From Candidatus Latescibacterota bacterium (GTDB lineage Bacteria; Latescibacterota; UBA2968), in contig OZ242195.1 in assembly GCA_965205975.1 (NCBI GenBank), forward strand, positions 4,224,001-4,288,000: a DNA stretch of 64,000 bases, read 5' to 3'. Below are positions 28,944 through 37,373 of this stretch, in pieces (the first letter of the stretch is position 1; each line of letters begins with the position of its first letter). The position numbers were made by a program, and so were the translations under genes. The notes beneath the pieces are model-generated. The model had not been told where the DNA came from, searched no databases, and saw only the letters and a list, made by a program, of their open reading frames with translations.

Positions 28944-29474
28944 TTGCGGGTTCTTTTTTCCAAAATTCTGTAACTTTGACAGCAACGATCCTCCTGCGAG
29001 CAGATAAATTCCCAGGGCGAGATAAATTATAGCAGCGATTCCCTCTGACCAGATATGCAGGAGTACAACTGGACTGTGCTGGGGTGCAAGTATAGTTTTT
29101 TGATACGATGCAACAATTTTAATGCCCTCACTGATCACTTTGGGCACACCTGTGACGACCATATAGATCCCGATGAGGCGCATGCCTACGTTGTAAAGTA
29201 CCTGGGACCAGTCATGGTCGGGTGAAATTGCAATATCCCGTTCAACAGGGTCTAATTTTTGCGCGATTGCGTCGGCGTATTTTAAGAATATATAAGCGAA
29301 GATGAGATAGAGAAGCGGTAGCGCAAAATATCCATAAATTCCGCTTGTCGGCGTATCGGCCTGGATCATCATAATTCCCTGGGGTATGATTCCAAGCGAA
29401 CTCACTGCACCTACCAGATACATCAATCCGAAAATTTTGCAGGCGACTTTAATGAGTGCGTGTGAGTGGATCAT
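28935..29474 (-). CDS. Hypothetical 4-TM membrane protein
   Basis: Hydrophobic ORF starting MIHSHAL after GGAG. Confidence 0.7.
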   Translation of the reverse strand: MIHSHALIKVACKIFGLMYLVGAVSSLGIIPQGIMMIQADTPTSGIYGYFALPLLYLIFAYIFLKYADAIAQKLDPVERDIAISPDHDWSQVLYNVGMRLIGIYMVVTGVPKVISEGIKIVASYQKTILAPQHSPVVLLHIWSEGIAAIIYLALGIYLLAGGSLLSKLQNFGKKNPQSF

Positions 29475-29511
29475 GGATTGTCTCCGTTCTGTGTTTTCAT
29501 GCACGGGCGGC

Positions 29512-29610
29512 TGGATCGCGGCTAAAAGCTTGCCGCGATGACGGGCGAGGCATGCCTCGCCCCTACGGATATTCCTACTTCACACTTCCTACTTCCTACT
29601 TCACACTTCT
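29512..29610. repeat. Composite repeat cluster: CGTC-type REP, GTAG-type REP and 7-mer tandem
   Basis: TGGATCGCGGC..GCCGCGATGACG (29512-43), GGGCGAGGCATGCCTCGCCCCTAC (29543-66), ACTTCCT/ACTTCAC x5-6. Confidence 0.75.
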
Positions 29611-30632
29611 CATGGTGTCGGTGCGTCTTCTCGCAGCAGGCCCTCGGATTTTAGTTCAGCCCAGAGATCTGAGGGTATGGGGTGCTGGTAGTTTTTGATG
29701 TTTGCATGGATGTATTCGGGTTTGAGGGCGCCGGGGATGATGGCGGCGACGCTGGGGTGTGCGAGTGGGAACTGGATGGCTGCTGCCGGGAGCGGTACGT
29801 TGTGAGCATTGCATATTGTTTCTATTTTTCGGGTTTTTTCAAGGATTTCTGAGGTTGCGGTGTCGTAGGCGTATAATGCGCCTTCCACTGGCCCTGTGGC
29901 GAGGATGCCCGAGGCGAATACAGAGCCGATGACGATGTCGGCGCCGTGTTCGGCGCATTTTGGAAATTCTTCGTCTAATGGGTCCTGGTCGAGGAGGGTA
30001 TAGGGCATGGCGACGATGAAGAAGTCGATATTGACCATGTCCAGGAATCGGGGGATGAGTCCCAGCATGTTGAGTCCCACACCAATGCCTTTGATTTGTC
30101 CGCTTGAGCGCAGTTCGTCCAGGGCGCGCCAGCCGCTTGTGTAGATTTGGGCAAGGGTGGCGGTTACCATGTCTTCAGAGGTGTGAAAGAAGTAGTCGGG
30201 GTCGTGTATGAGGAGGAGTTCTACGGCGTGCAAGCTGAGTCGCTGGAGGCTGTCTTCATAAGACCGCATGATGCCGTCGTAGCTGTAGTCGAAGGCGTAT
30301 TCAAAGGGCAGACCGCCAATCCACATGTCTTTGTCAAATGTTTTGAGGTCGCGCGTGGCTTTTAATACGCGTCCGACTTTGGTGGAGATGGCAAATTCTT
30401 CTCTGTTCTGTTGTCGCAGGAAATGCCCGAAGCGATGTTCGCTTTTGCCATAGCCGTAAAAGGGGGCAGTGTCGAAGTATCGGATGCCCGCATCCCATGC
30501 GGCTTGCAATGTGTCTTGCGCCTGTGTTTCACTTACGAGTTCGAATAGATCACCTATGGGCGCGCCGCCCATGCCCATTTCGGTTACTTCGAGGCCTGTT
30601 TGTCCAACGGTTCGCTTTTTGATTGTGTTCAT
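29610..30632 (-). CDS. Aldo/keto reductase (D-threo-aldose dehydrogenase-like)
   Basis: FDTAPFYG, STKVGR, FDYSYDG, LLIHD. Confidence 0.9.
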   Translation of the reverse strand: MNTIKKRTVGQTGLEVTEMGMGGAPIGDLFELVSETQAQDTLQAAWDAGIRYFDTAPFYGYGKSEHRFGHFLRQQNREEFAISTKVGRVLKATRDLKTFDKDMWIGGLPFEYAFDYSYDGIMRSYEDSLQRLSLHAVELLLIHDPDYFFHTSEDMVTATLAQIYTSGWRALDELRSSGQIKGIGVGLNMLGLIPRFLDMVNIDFFIVAMPYTLLDQDPLDEEFPKCAEHGADIVIGSVFASGILATGPVEGALYAYDTATSEILEKTRKIETICNAHNVPLPAAAIQFPLAHPSVAAIIPGALKPEYIHANIKNYQHPIPSDLWAELKSEGLLREDAPTP

Positions 30633-30650
30633 GAAATTTCTCCTGAAGCG

Positions 30651-32072
30651 TTACACTGTAGGTAATGGCGCGTCGTCGTCCGTTTCATGTTGCCAGAGGC
30701 GAATTTTTGCCGCCATTTTGCGTATGCGGTCTCTGTGTACAGGTTCGTCGAACAGGTTTGTGAGTTCATGGGGATCGCTGTTCAGGTCGAATAATTCGCA
30801 TTGGTCGCCCACGCACAGGTTGAGTTTCCATCGGTCGGCTGTTGCGATTGCACGCCAGGGGAGGGTGGCGATTAAGTTGATCTGCGGTGAGCCGAGACTG
30901 CGATCTCCCAGTCCGTTCCACTGGATGAAGACGTCGGTATCGTCGAGTGTTTCTCTGCCTTCGAGGACGGGTACCCGGCTGGTGCCTTGCAGGTGTTCGG
31001 GCACGGGTTGTCCCATGAGGTCTAATAAGGTGGGGACGAGGTCGATATGGCCGATGTTGCCGGGGATCATTCGGTGTTCGCGCCCGAGATGGGGTATCCG
31101 CACCATGAGGGGGACTTTGGCAGAGGGTTCGTAGAATGCGCGTTTTTCCCGCATGCCCTGGTCGCCTGCCATTTCGCCGTGGTCAGAGCTGAATACGACT
31201 ATGGTGTTGTCGGCGTGGCCGGATTTTTCAAGGGCGTCCATCAGTCTGCCCAGTGCCCGATCTACGAGTGTGACTGTGCCGTAGTATTCTGCACGGAATT
31301 TTCGGAGTTTTGCTTCTGCAGCGCGTTGTTCTTCGGGGGTTGCGTCGGGTTGTATATTGCGTTCAGCTCTCAGTCTGTTAAATAGCGATGCGCCCTCAGG
31401 ATAGCGCGTGAATGCGGGACCTACGGGCATTTTGTTGGGGTCGTGTACATGTTTCATCGGTCCGGAGATGGGTGGGTGTGGTTCGAAGCAGTGGACCTGT
31501 AGCATGAATGGTTTGTCGCGTTCTGCCATCAGAAAGCGGGTGGCTTCGTCGCATAAAAAGGATACCATGGAGAGGTGTTCGGGCAAGTCTGCGCGCAGTT
31601 GTCCGGAGAATACGCGGTGTCCGGCTTCTGTTGTTTTATCTGGTTCGATTCCATTTTCCAATAGGAACTGGTGATAGGGTGTGTCCGGGTGGTCGATGAC
31701 CCAGGGCAGTTCAGCGACGGGTAGCCATTCATCAAATCCGTGTTGTCGCGTTGTTTCTTTGCCCAGGTGCCATTTGCCGTAGTAGGCTTTGTGGTAATCG
31801 TTTGACGTCATTTCTGCGATGGATTTGATTGCGGGGTCGAGCAGGATGTTGTTTTTGACCATTCTGGCGGCGTGTGGATATAGTCCCGTTACGAGGGTTG
31901 CGCGCGATGGCGTGCAGACGGGTTGCGCGCAATAGGGGTTTTCAAAGACAAAGCTTTCGCTGGCGAGGGCGTTCATGTTCGATGCCTGGATCCAGTCGTT
32001 GCCGTAACACGCCATGGTGTCGGAGCGCTGTTGATCGGTGATGAAGAGCAGAATGTTGGGATGACGTTGCAT
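30651..32072 (-). CDS. Sulfatase
   Basis: PNILLFITDQQR, CTPSRATLVTG, GKWH, SDHG; start MQRHP. Confidence 0.92.
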   Translation of the reverse strand: MQRHPNILLFITDQQRSDTMACYGNDWIQASNMNALASESFVFENPYCAQPVCTPSRATLVTGLYPHAARMVKNNILLDPAIKSIAEMTSNDYHKAYYGKWHLGKETTRQHGFDEWLPVAELPWVIDHPDTPYHQFLLENGIEPDKTTEAGHRVFSGQLRADLPEHLSMVSFLCDEATRFLMAERDKPFMLQVHCFEPHPPISGPMKHVHDPNKMPVGPAFTRYPEGASLFNRLRAERNIQPDATPEEQRAAEAKLRKFRAEYYGTVTLVDRALGRLMDALEKSGHADNTIVVFSSDHGEMAGDQGMREKRAFYEPSAKVPLMVRIPHLGREHRMIPGNIGHIDLVPTLLDLMGQPVPEHLQGTSRVPVLEGRETLDDTDVFIQWNGLGDRSLGSPQINLIATLPWRAIATADRWKLNLCVGDQCELFDLNSDPHELTNLFDEPVHRDRIRKMAAKIRLWQHETDDDAPLPTV

Positions 32073-32198
32073 GTGAGCCTTTCTGTCTTGATGCTGAAGG
32101 ATGGCAGGAACAATCAAGGGGAAATATCTGTCAAATTGGGTGAAAAACAAGTTGAAAATTACATTGCTGACGTTACGATAGGCACAATATCCTGCGCC

Positions 32199-32284
32199 TG
32201 TCATTCTGAGCGGTGCGTAGCGGAGTCGAAGAATCTCTTACCAAATGAGGTGGAAGAGATGCTTCGGCTACGCTCAGCATGACA
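32199..32284. repeat. TGTC/CGTC-type REP doublet
   Basis: TGTCATTCTGAGCG...CGAAGAATCTC-N18-GAGATGCTTCG...CGCTCAGCATGACA. Confidence 0.75.
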
Positions 32285-32346
32285 AAACGCCGGACATCCG
32301 TAGCATCAGGTATTAATTTTAAAACAGCTTCTGAGGAGGAAATTTC

Positions 32347-33648
32347 ATGGTTGGTCGAATTGTCCGCATGGTTTGTATTGTCTCGCTTGTTCCACTATGT
32401 GTTGATGCAGATAACTGGCCGCAGTGGCGCGGTCCGCAGCAAGATGGGGTGAGTACGGCAAAAAATCTGCCCGCGTCTTGGAGTCTTGAAGAGAATATTA
32501 TCTGGAAGGCCAAGTTGCCTTCGTGGAGCGGGAGTACGCCCGTTATCTGGGGTGATCGCATTTTTTTAACTTCGCCGTCGCCTGCACAGAGGCCAGAAGA
32601 ACAGCAACCGGGGGGACCGGAGATTTATATTTTGTGTTTGTCGAGGAAAGACGGGAGTGAACTCTGGCGGTATAAGTTGGATGAGGGCAATGTGCTGCGG
32701 CGCAAGCACAATACGACGTCGCCGTCGCCTGTTACGGATGGGGCGCATGTGTGGGTGGTTACGGGCAATGGGGTTGTGACGTGTCTGGATATGGATGGGA
32801 AGGCGATCTGGTCGCGCGATATTCAAAAGGATTACGGCAGATTTGGCCTGCTTTTCGGGTATGCGTCTTCGCCGATTCTGTACGATGGCAAGCTCATTCT
32901 TCAGGTGCTTCACGGGATGCGTACGGATGATCCTTCGTATGTCTTCGCGTTGGACGCCAATAGTGGGAAGGAGGTCTGGCGGGAGGAGCGTCCGACAGAT
33001 GCTATTCGAGAGTCGCCCGATTCGTACACGACACCCACGCTTTTGAATCGCGATGGTAAGACTCAAATTGTTATTACGGGTGGGGATTGTGTGACGGGGC
33101 ACGATCCGGATACGGGGCGCGAGATCTGGCGGGCAAATGGGTTGAATCCCGATCAGAGGGGAAATTATCGGATTGTGGCGTCTCCCGTGGTGGTCGGCGA
33201 TATGATTTATGCGCCGACCCGGCAACGGCCCTTGCTGGCACTGGCTGCTGGTGGTACGGGCGATGTTTCCGACAATGTGGTGTGGAAGTGGGAGGGGGCT
33301 GCTGCGCCAGATGTGCCGACGCCGACGAGTGATGGGAAGTATTTTTATATGGTTGATGATCGCGGGCGGGCAATGTGTCTGGACGCTAAGACCGGGGCTG
33401 TGGTGTGGGGTCCTGAGCGGACGGCACAAGGGATTGTGAGCGCGTCCCCCCATCTGGCGGATGGAAAGTTGTTTTTGCTGAATGAAGATGCCGTGACGAC
33501 TGTTCTGGCCGCTGGTCCCAAATATGAGGTTTTGGGCACGAATGAACTGGATGGCACGTACACGCTGTCATCGCCCGTGTCATCCGGGTCGCAGCTTTTT
33601 ATTCGGACGGCGACGCATTTGTATTGTATTGGGTATAGTGGGGAGTAA
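32347..33648 (+). CDS. PQQ-like beta-propeller (BamB-like) exported protein
   Basis: Signal peptide, NWPQWRGP, repeated SP..G...ALDA..G..W blades. Confidence 0.88.
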   Translation: MVGRIVRMVCIVSLVPLCVDADNWPQWRGPQQDGVSTAKNLPASWSLEENIIWKAKLPSWSGSTPVIWGDRIFLTSPSPAQRPEEQQPGGPEIYILCLSRKDGSELWRYKLDEGNVLRRKHNTTSPSPVTDGAHVWVVTGNGVVTCLDMDGKAIWSRDIQKDYGRFGLLFGYASSPILYDGKLILQVLHGMRTDDPSYVFALDANSGKEVWREERPTDAIRESPDSYTTPTLLNRDGKTQIVITGGDCVTGHDPDTGREIWRANGLNPDQRGNYRIVASPVVVGDMIYAPTRQRPLLALAAGGTGDVSDNVVWKWEGAAAPDVPTPTSDGKYFYMVDDRGRAMCLDAKTGAVVWGPERTAQGIVSASPHLADGKLFLLNEDAVTTVLAAGPKYEVLGTNELDGTYTLSSPVSSGSQLFIRTATHLYCIGYSGE

Positions 33649-33718
33649 ACGGAGTCAGTTCAAAAGAGAACGCCCCAGCATCGTTGTGCCGGGGCGTTTT
33701 TCGCGTCAGGTATGTCCA

Positions 33719-34165
33719 ATGTCCCATTATTCACAAATTGAATTGGAAAACTTCATGACCGCCGCGCTCGTGGAAGGTAGAAAAGCGCTTCCCGAGTGTT
33801 TGCCCAATCCACCGGTTGGATGTGTGCTTGTGCGAGAAGGCAAAATTATCGCCCGGGGATATACCAATCCGCCGGGACAATTTCACGCAGAGGCGATGGC
33901 GCTCGCACAAGTGGCGGGTTCACTGGAGGATGTTACGGCATTTGTCACTCTGGAGCCGTGTTCTTTTCACGGGCGCACGCCTTCGTGTGCGCAGACACTT
34001 GTTCAGAGAAAAGTCCGGGATGTTTTTGTCGCACTCATCGATCCGCACCCCAAAAATCGCGGGCGCGGTATTCAAATTCTCAAAGATGCGGATATTTCCG
34101 TGCAGGTCGGTCTGTTAGAGGAAGAGGCTGAGAAAGATCTGGGTCTTTATCTTTTCAAATGTTAA
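33719..34165 (+). CDS. Stand-alone RibD-type deaminase domain
   Basis: PNPPVGCV, HAE, TLEPCSFHGRTPSC; no reductase domain. Confidence 0.8.
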   Translation: MSHYSQIELENFMTAALVEGRKALPECLPNPPVGCVLVREGKIIARGYTNPPGQFHAEAMALAQVAGSLEDVTAFVTLEPCSFHGRTPSCAQTLVQRKVRDVFVALIDPHPKNRGRGIQILKDADISVQVGLLEEEAEKDLGLYLFKC

Positions 34166-34185
34166 TCATTCCCACAGGAGACACT

Positions 34186-35013
34186 ATGAACAACTGGATG
34201 GATATTTACGAAGAACGAAACTACGGGGGTATGCCCTATCGCTTGCTCAGACCCATTGATATCGCAGACCATCCCGATAAAGCGTATCCTCTTATTTTCA
34301 GCTTGCACGGGGCGGGCGGTAAGGGTACGGATAATATCAAAAACCTGCGTCACTGGAACGAATCACCACTGGCAGATGAAACACATCGCCGCAAATATCC
34401 CTGCTTCGTACTTGCTCCTCAAACGCCTATGCGGTGGCTGATGCCCAATTCTATGCCCGAGGTCACACAGGAATATATCGACTCGCTATCGGGTATCTGG
34501 CAGGCGCGCGTTAAGCGGTTGCTGGATCGGGGTGATGACCTCTCAGTGGGTGATTTGGGTAGAGCCTTTGATCTGCTGGACGCGATATGCGATGAATTTC
34601 CAATTGATCAGGACCGCATCTATGTGCTGGGGCATTCAATGGGTGGATTTGGTACATGGAACGCCGTTTGCGCACAACCCGATCGTTTCGCCGCCGCGAT
34701 TCCCTCTGCTGGCGGATGCGAACCGTGGAATGATATCAGCCGCATTGTAGAAATTCCCATCTGGACATTTCACGGGGATGCCGATGCAACTGTGCCCGTT
34801 GACTTGACCCGAGATGCTTTTCGCCAGTTGAATGCGATAGATGCCAATACTAAATACACGGAATTAGAAGACGTGGGACACAATGCGAGTGCCTACGGTT
34901 TTGCGTACACAGGCGATGACCCGCAACGCGGGTTTATCACGCACTTTGCTGGCGACAAGTGCGACAAAACCGAAAATGTATGGGACTGGCTATTTGCACA
35001 AAAGCGTGGGTGA
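34186..35013 (+). CDS. Alpha/beta-hydrolase (esterase/peptidase)
   Basis: LHGAG, GHSMGG, FHGDADATV, VGH. Confidence 0.85.
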   Translation: MNNWMDIYEERNYGGMPYRLLRPIDIADHPDKAYPLIFSLHGAGGKGTDNIKNLRHWNESPLADETHRRKYPCFVLAPQTPMRWLMPNSMPEVTQEYIDSLSGIWQARVKRLLDRGDDLSVGDLGRAFDLLDAICDEFPIDQDRIYVLGHSMGGFGTWNAVCAQPDRFAAAIPSAGGCEPWNDISRIVEIPIWTFHGDADATVPVDLTRDAFRQLNAIDANTKYTELEDVGHNASAYGFAYTGDDPQRGFITHFAGDKCDKTENVWDWLFAQKRG

Positions 35014-35015
35014 TC

Positions 35016-36281
35016 TTAAATCACCGTACCCGCGGGAATAATAGCGTCTTTGGTGATGACGACGATGCCGTCGCGGATGGCGTAGGCGTCGTGTTCTGCT
35101 TCGCGGACGTTTTTTACGTTTTGGATGGTGACGTTTTCCCCTATGCGCGCGTTTTTGTCGATGATTGCGTTGTCAATTACGCATCCCGAACCGATGCCGA
35201 TGTTTGGGATGCCTTTTTGTTTGTTGCGTTTTCTGTCTTCGGGGGTTTCGTAAAAGTCAGCCCCCATCATGACGGTGTTGGTGAGTTTGACGCGGGGACC
35301 AACGATGCTGCGTATGCCGATGACGGCGTGTTCAATTTCTGCGTCTTGTATGTCAGAGCCGTCGCCGATTTTGCATTGTTTGAGGTGGCATCCATCCAAT
35401 TTGGCCGCGGCGAGGTAGCGCGGGTGGGTGTAGATGGGGGCGCCGGGTTGATAAAAGGTGAAGGGGGGTGCTGGGGTTGTGAGTGCGAGGTTGGCTTCGT
35501 AGAAGGCGCGGATGGTGCCGATGTCTTCCCAGTATCCTTCGAATCGGTGGGCATAGACGTTGTGGGTGTGAATGGCGGCGGGGATGATGTGTTTGCCAAA
35601 GTCGTCGCCGGTGTTTTCTGCGAGGAGCGTTCTCAGTTTGTCTTTTTCAAAGACGTATATGCCCATTGAGGCCATGTACGCTTCGTCGGGGTTATTGCCG
35701 GGTGCGGGGTCGAGTTTGAGGTCGTCCAGTTCGGCGTCGGTTTGCGGTTTTTCTACGAAGTCGATGATGCGCCCGGTGCCATCGACTTTGAGGATGCCGA
35801 GGTCGGGCGCAATTTCTCGCGTGACGGGTTTGACGGCGATGGTGAGGTCTGCGCCTTTGTCGCGGTGTTCGGCGATAAAGGCGCGATAGTTCATGCGGTA
35901 GAGGTGGTCGCCGGAGAGGATGAGGTATTGGTCCATCTGGTAGGAGATGAAGTGGTGGAGGTGCTGGCGAACCGCGTCGGCTGTGCCCTGATACCAGTCG
36001 AGGCGGTCTTCGGTTTGTTCGGCGGCGAGGATTTCGACAAAGCCGTTTGAAAAGGCGTCGAAGCGATAGGTTTGGGCGATGTGGCGGTTGAGCGAGGCGG
36101 AGTTGAATTGGGTGAGGGCGTAGATGCGTGTGAGGCCCGAGTGCAGGCAGTTGCTGATGGGTATGTCAATGAGGCGGTATTTGCCGCCGATGGGGACTGC
36201 GGGTTTGGAGCGGTATTTGGTCAGAGGGTAGAGGCGCGACCCCTCGCCACCGCCTAAGATGATGCCGATTACGGATTCCAC
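35016..36281 (-). CDS. glgC: Glucose-1-phosphate adenylyltransferase
   Basis: GGGEGSRLYPLT, KPAVPIGGKYRLID, WYQGTADA, SGDHLY, EKP. Confidence 0.95.
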   Translation of the reverse strand: MESVIGIILGGGEGSRLYPLTKYRSKPAVPIGGKYRLIDIPISNCLHSGLTRIYALTQFNSASLNRHIAQTYRFDAFSNGFVEILAAEQTEDRLDWYQGTADAVRQHLHHFISYQMDQYLILSGDHLYRMNYRAFIAEHRDKGADLTIAVKPVTREIAPDLGILKVDGTGRIIDFVEKPQTDAELDDLKLDPAPGNNPDEAYMASMGIYVFEKDKLRTLLAENTGDDFGKHIIPAAIHTHNVYAHRFEGYWEDIGTIRAFYEANLALTTPAPPFTFYQPGAPIYTHPRYLAAAKLDGCHLKQCKIGDGSDIQDAEIEHAVIGIRSIVGPRVKLTNTVMMGADFYETPEDRKRNKQKGIPNIGIGSGCVIDNAIIDKNARIGENVTIQNVKNVREAEHDAYAIRDGIVVITKDAIIPAGTVI

Positions 36282-36380
36282 GCAAAACCTCCTTGTTTTA
36301 TGGGAGAGAACGATATAACATGATAAATATAGGTGTTTGGGGCAAATGTGTCGATAGTATCAATGAAAGGAGAAATGAGT

Positions 36381-37184
36381 ATGGATCTCGAACTCGGTAT
36401 TGCCGGATGGGTGCTCAGCGGTGAAATTTTGCGGGAGAAGTCGCTGACTTTGCTGGAGTTTCCCGAGGTGTGTGCTTCACATGGTGTGGAGACGGTGGAG
36501 TTGTGTTCGCGGTTTTTTGAGTCTCAGGATGCGAGGTATTTGAATGAGCTTCGGGATCGGTTGGCTGATCATGGACTTTCGGTGCGCAATATCGCGGTGG
36601 ATATGGGCAATATTGCAGGTGCGGATGAGGCTGTGCGGCGTACGGATTTGGAGGCGTTGAAGCAGTGGTTTTACACGGCGTCGGCTGTGGGTTCCGAGGC
36701 GATACGGATTAATACGGGTCACGCGGATGACGATGGGGCGATGAGCCGGGTGATTGAGGGATATCGGGAGTTGGTGGCTGTGGGCGAGCAGGCGGGGGTG
36801 AAGTTGCTGGTGGAGAATCACGGGGGTGTGTCGTCTTCTTCTGAGAATTTGCAGCGGATTCTGGATGGGGTGGATTCCGATTGGTTTGGTACGTGTCCAG
36901 ATACGGCAAATTTTCCCGATGGCGACTGGGAGGCGGGGATGCGCGTGCTGGCTCCGCGCGCGTTTTCGTGCCATGTGAAGGTGTTTAATTACAGTGACGA
37001 TGGGGTGCAGGCATGGGAGCGGGATGGCAAAGCGATGGGGTATGATTTGAAGACGTGTTTGCAAATTTTAAATGCGGCAGATTACGCTGGTCCGCTGTGT
37101 GTGGAGAAGGGCGCGTCGGATACGACAGAGGCGAGTATCCGCGATACGCTGAGTTATTTGAGGGATTTGCAGGCGACGGTCTAA
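36381..37184 (+). CDS. Sugar phosphate isomerase/epimerase
   Basis: VENHGG, CPDTAN, HVK, LCVE; AAGGAG RBS. Confidence 0.85.
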   Translation: MDLELGIAGWVLSGEILREKSLTLLEFPEVCASHGVETVELCSRFFESQDARYLNELRDRLADHGLSVRNIAVDMGNIAGADEAVRRTDLEALKQWFYTASAVGSEAIRINTGHADDDGAMSRVIEGYRELVAVGEQAGVKLLVENHGGVSSSSENLQRILDGVDSDWFGTCPDTANFPDGDWEAGMRVLAPRAFSCHVKVFNYSDDGVQAWERDGKAMGYDLKTCLQILNAADYAGPLCVEKGASDTTEASIRDTLSYLRDLQATV

Positions 37185-37207
37185 GAACAGTTTTACATCT
37201 TGAACGA

Positions 37208-37245
37208 TAAAACGCGTCCATTGAGAAATGGGCGCGTTTTGTTTT
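37208..37245 (+). terminator. Intrinsic terminator
   Basis: AAAACGCGTCCAT..ATGGGCGCGTTTT-GTTTT. Confidence 0.7.
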
Positions 37246-37373
37246 ACAGACTTTTACAGAATCTTAACAATTTTCATACAGAAAATGGGGAACGAGAGGA
37301 CCCGTTGGTGAATCTAAAAAATGTCAGAAGGGAGGTTTTTTAAACTGTCCTTGGGAGGGGAATAGGAGAGATC

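Noticed and set aside
32073..32204. N-terminal extension of the sulfatase ORF
   Set aside because: Runs into a REP; an AAAGG RBS precedes MQRHPNIL
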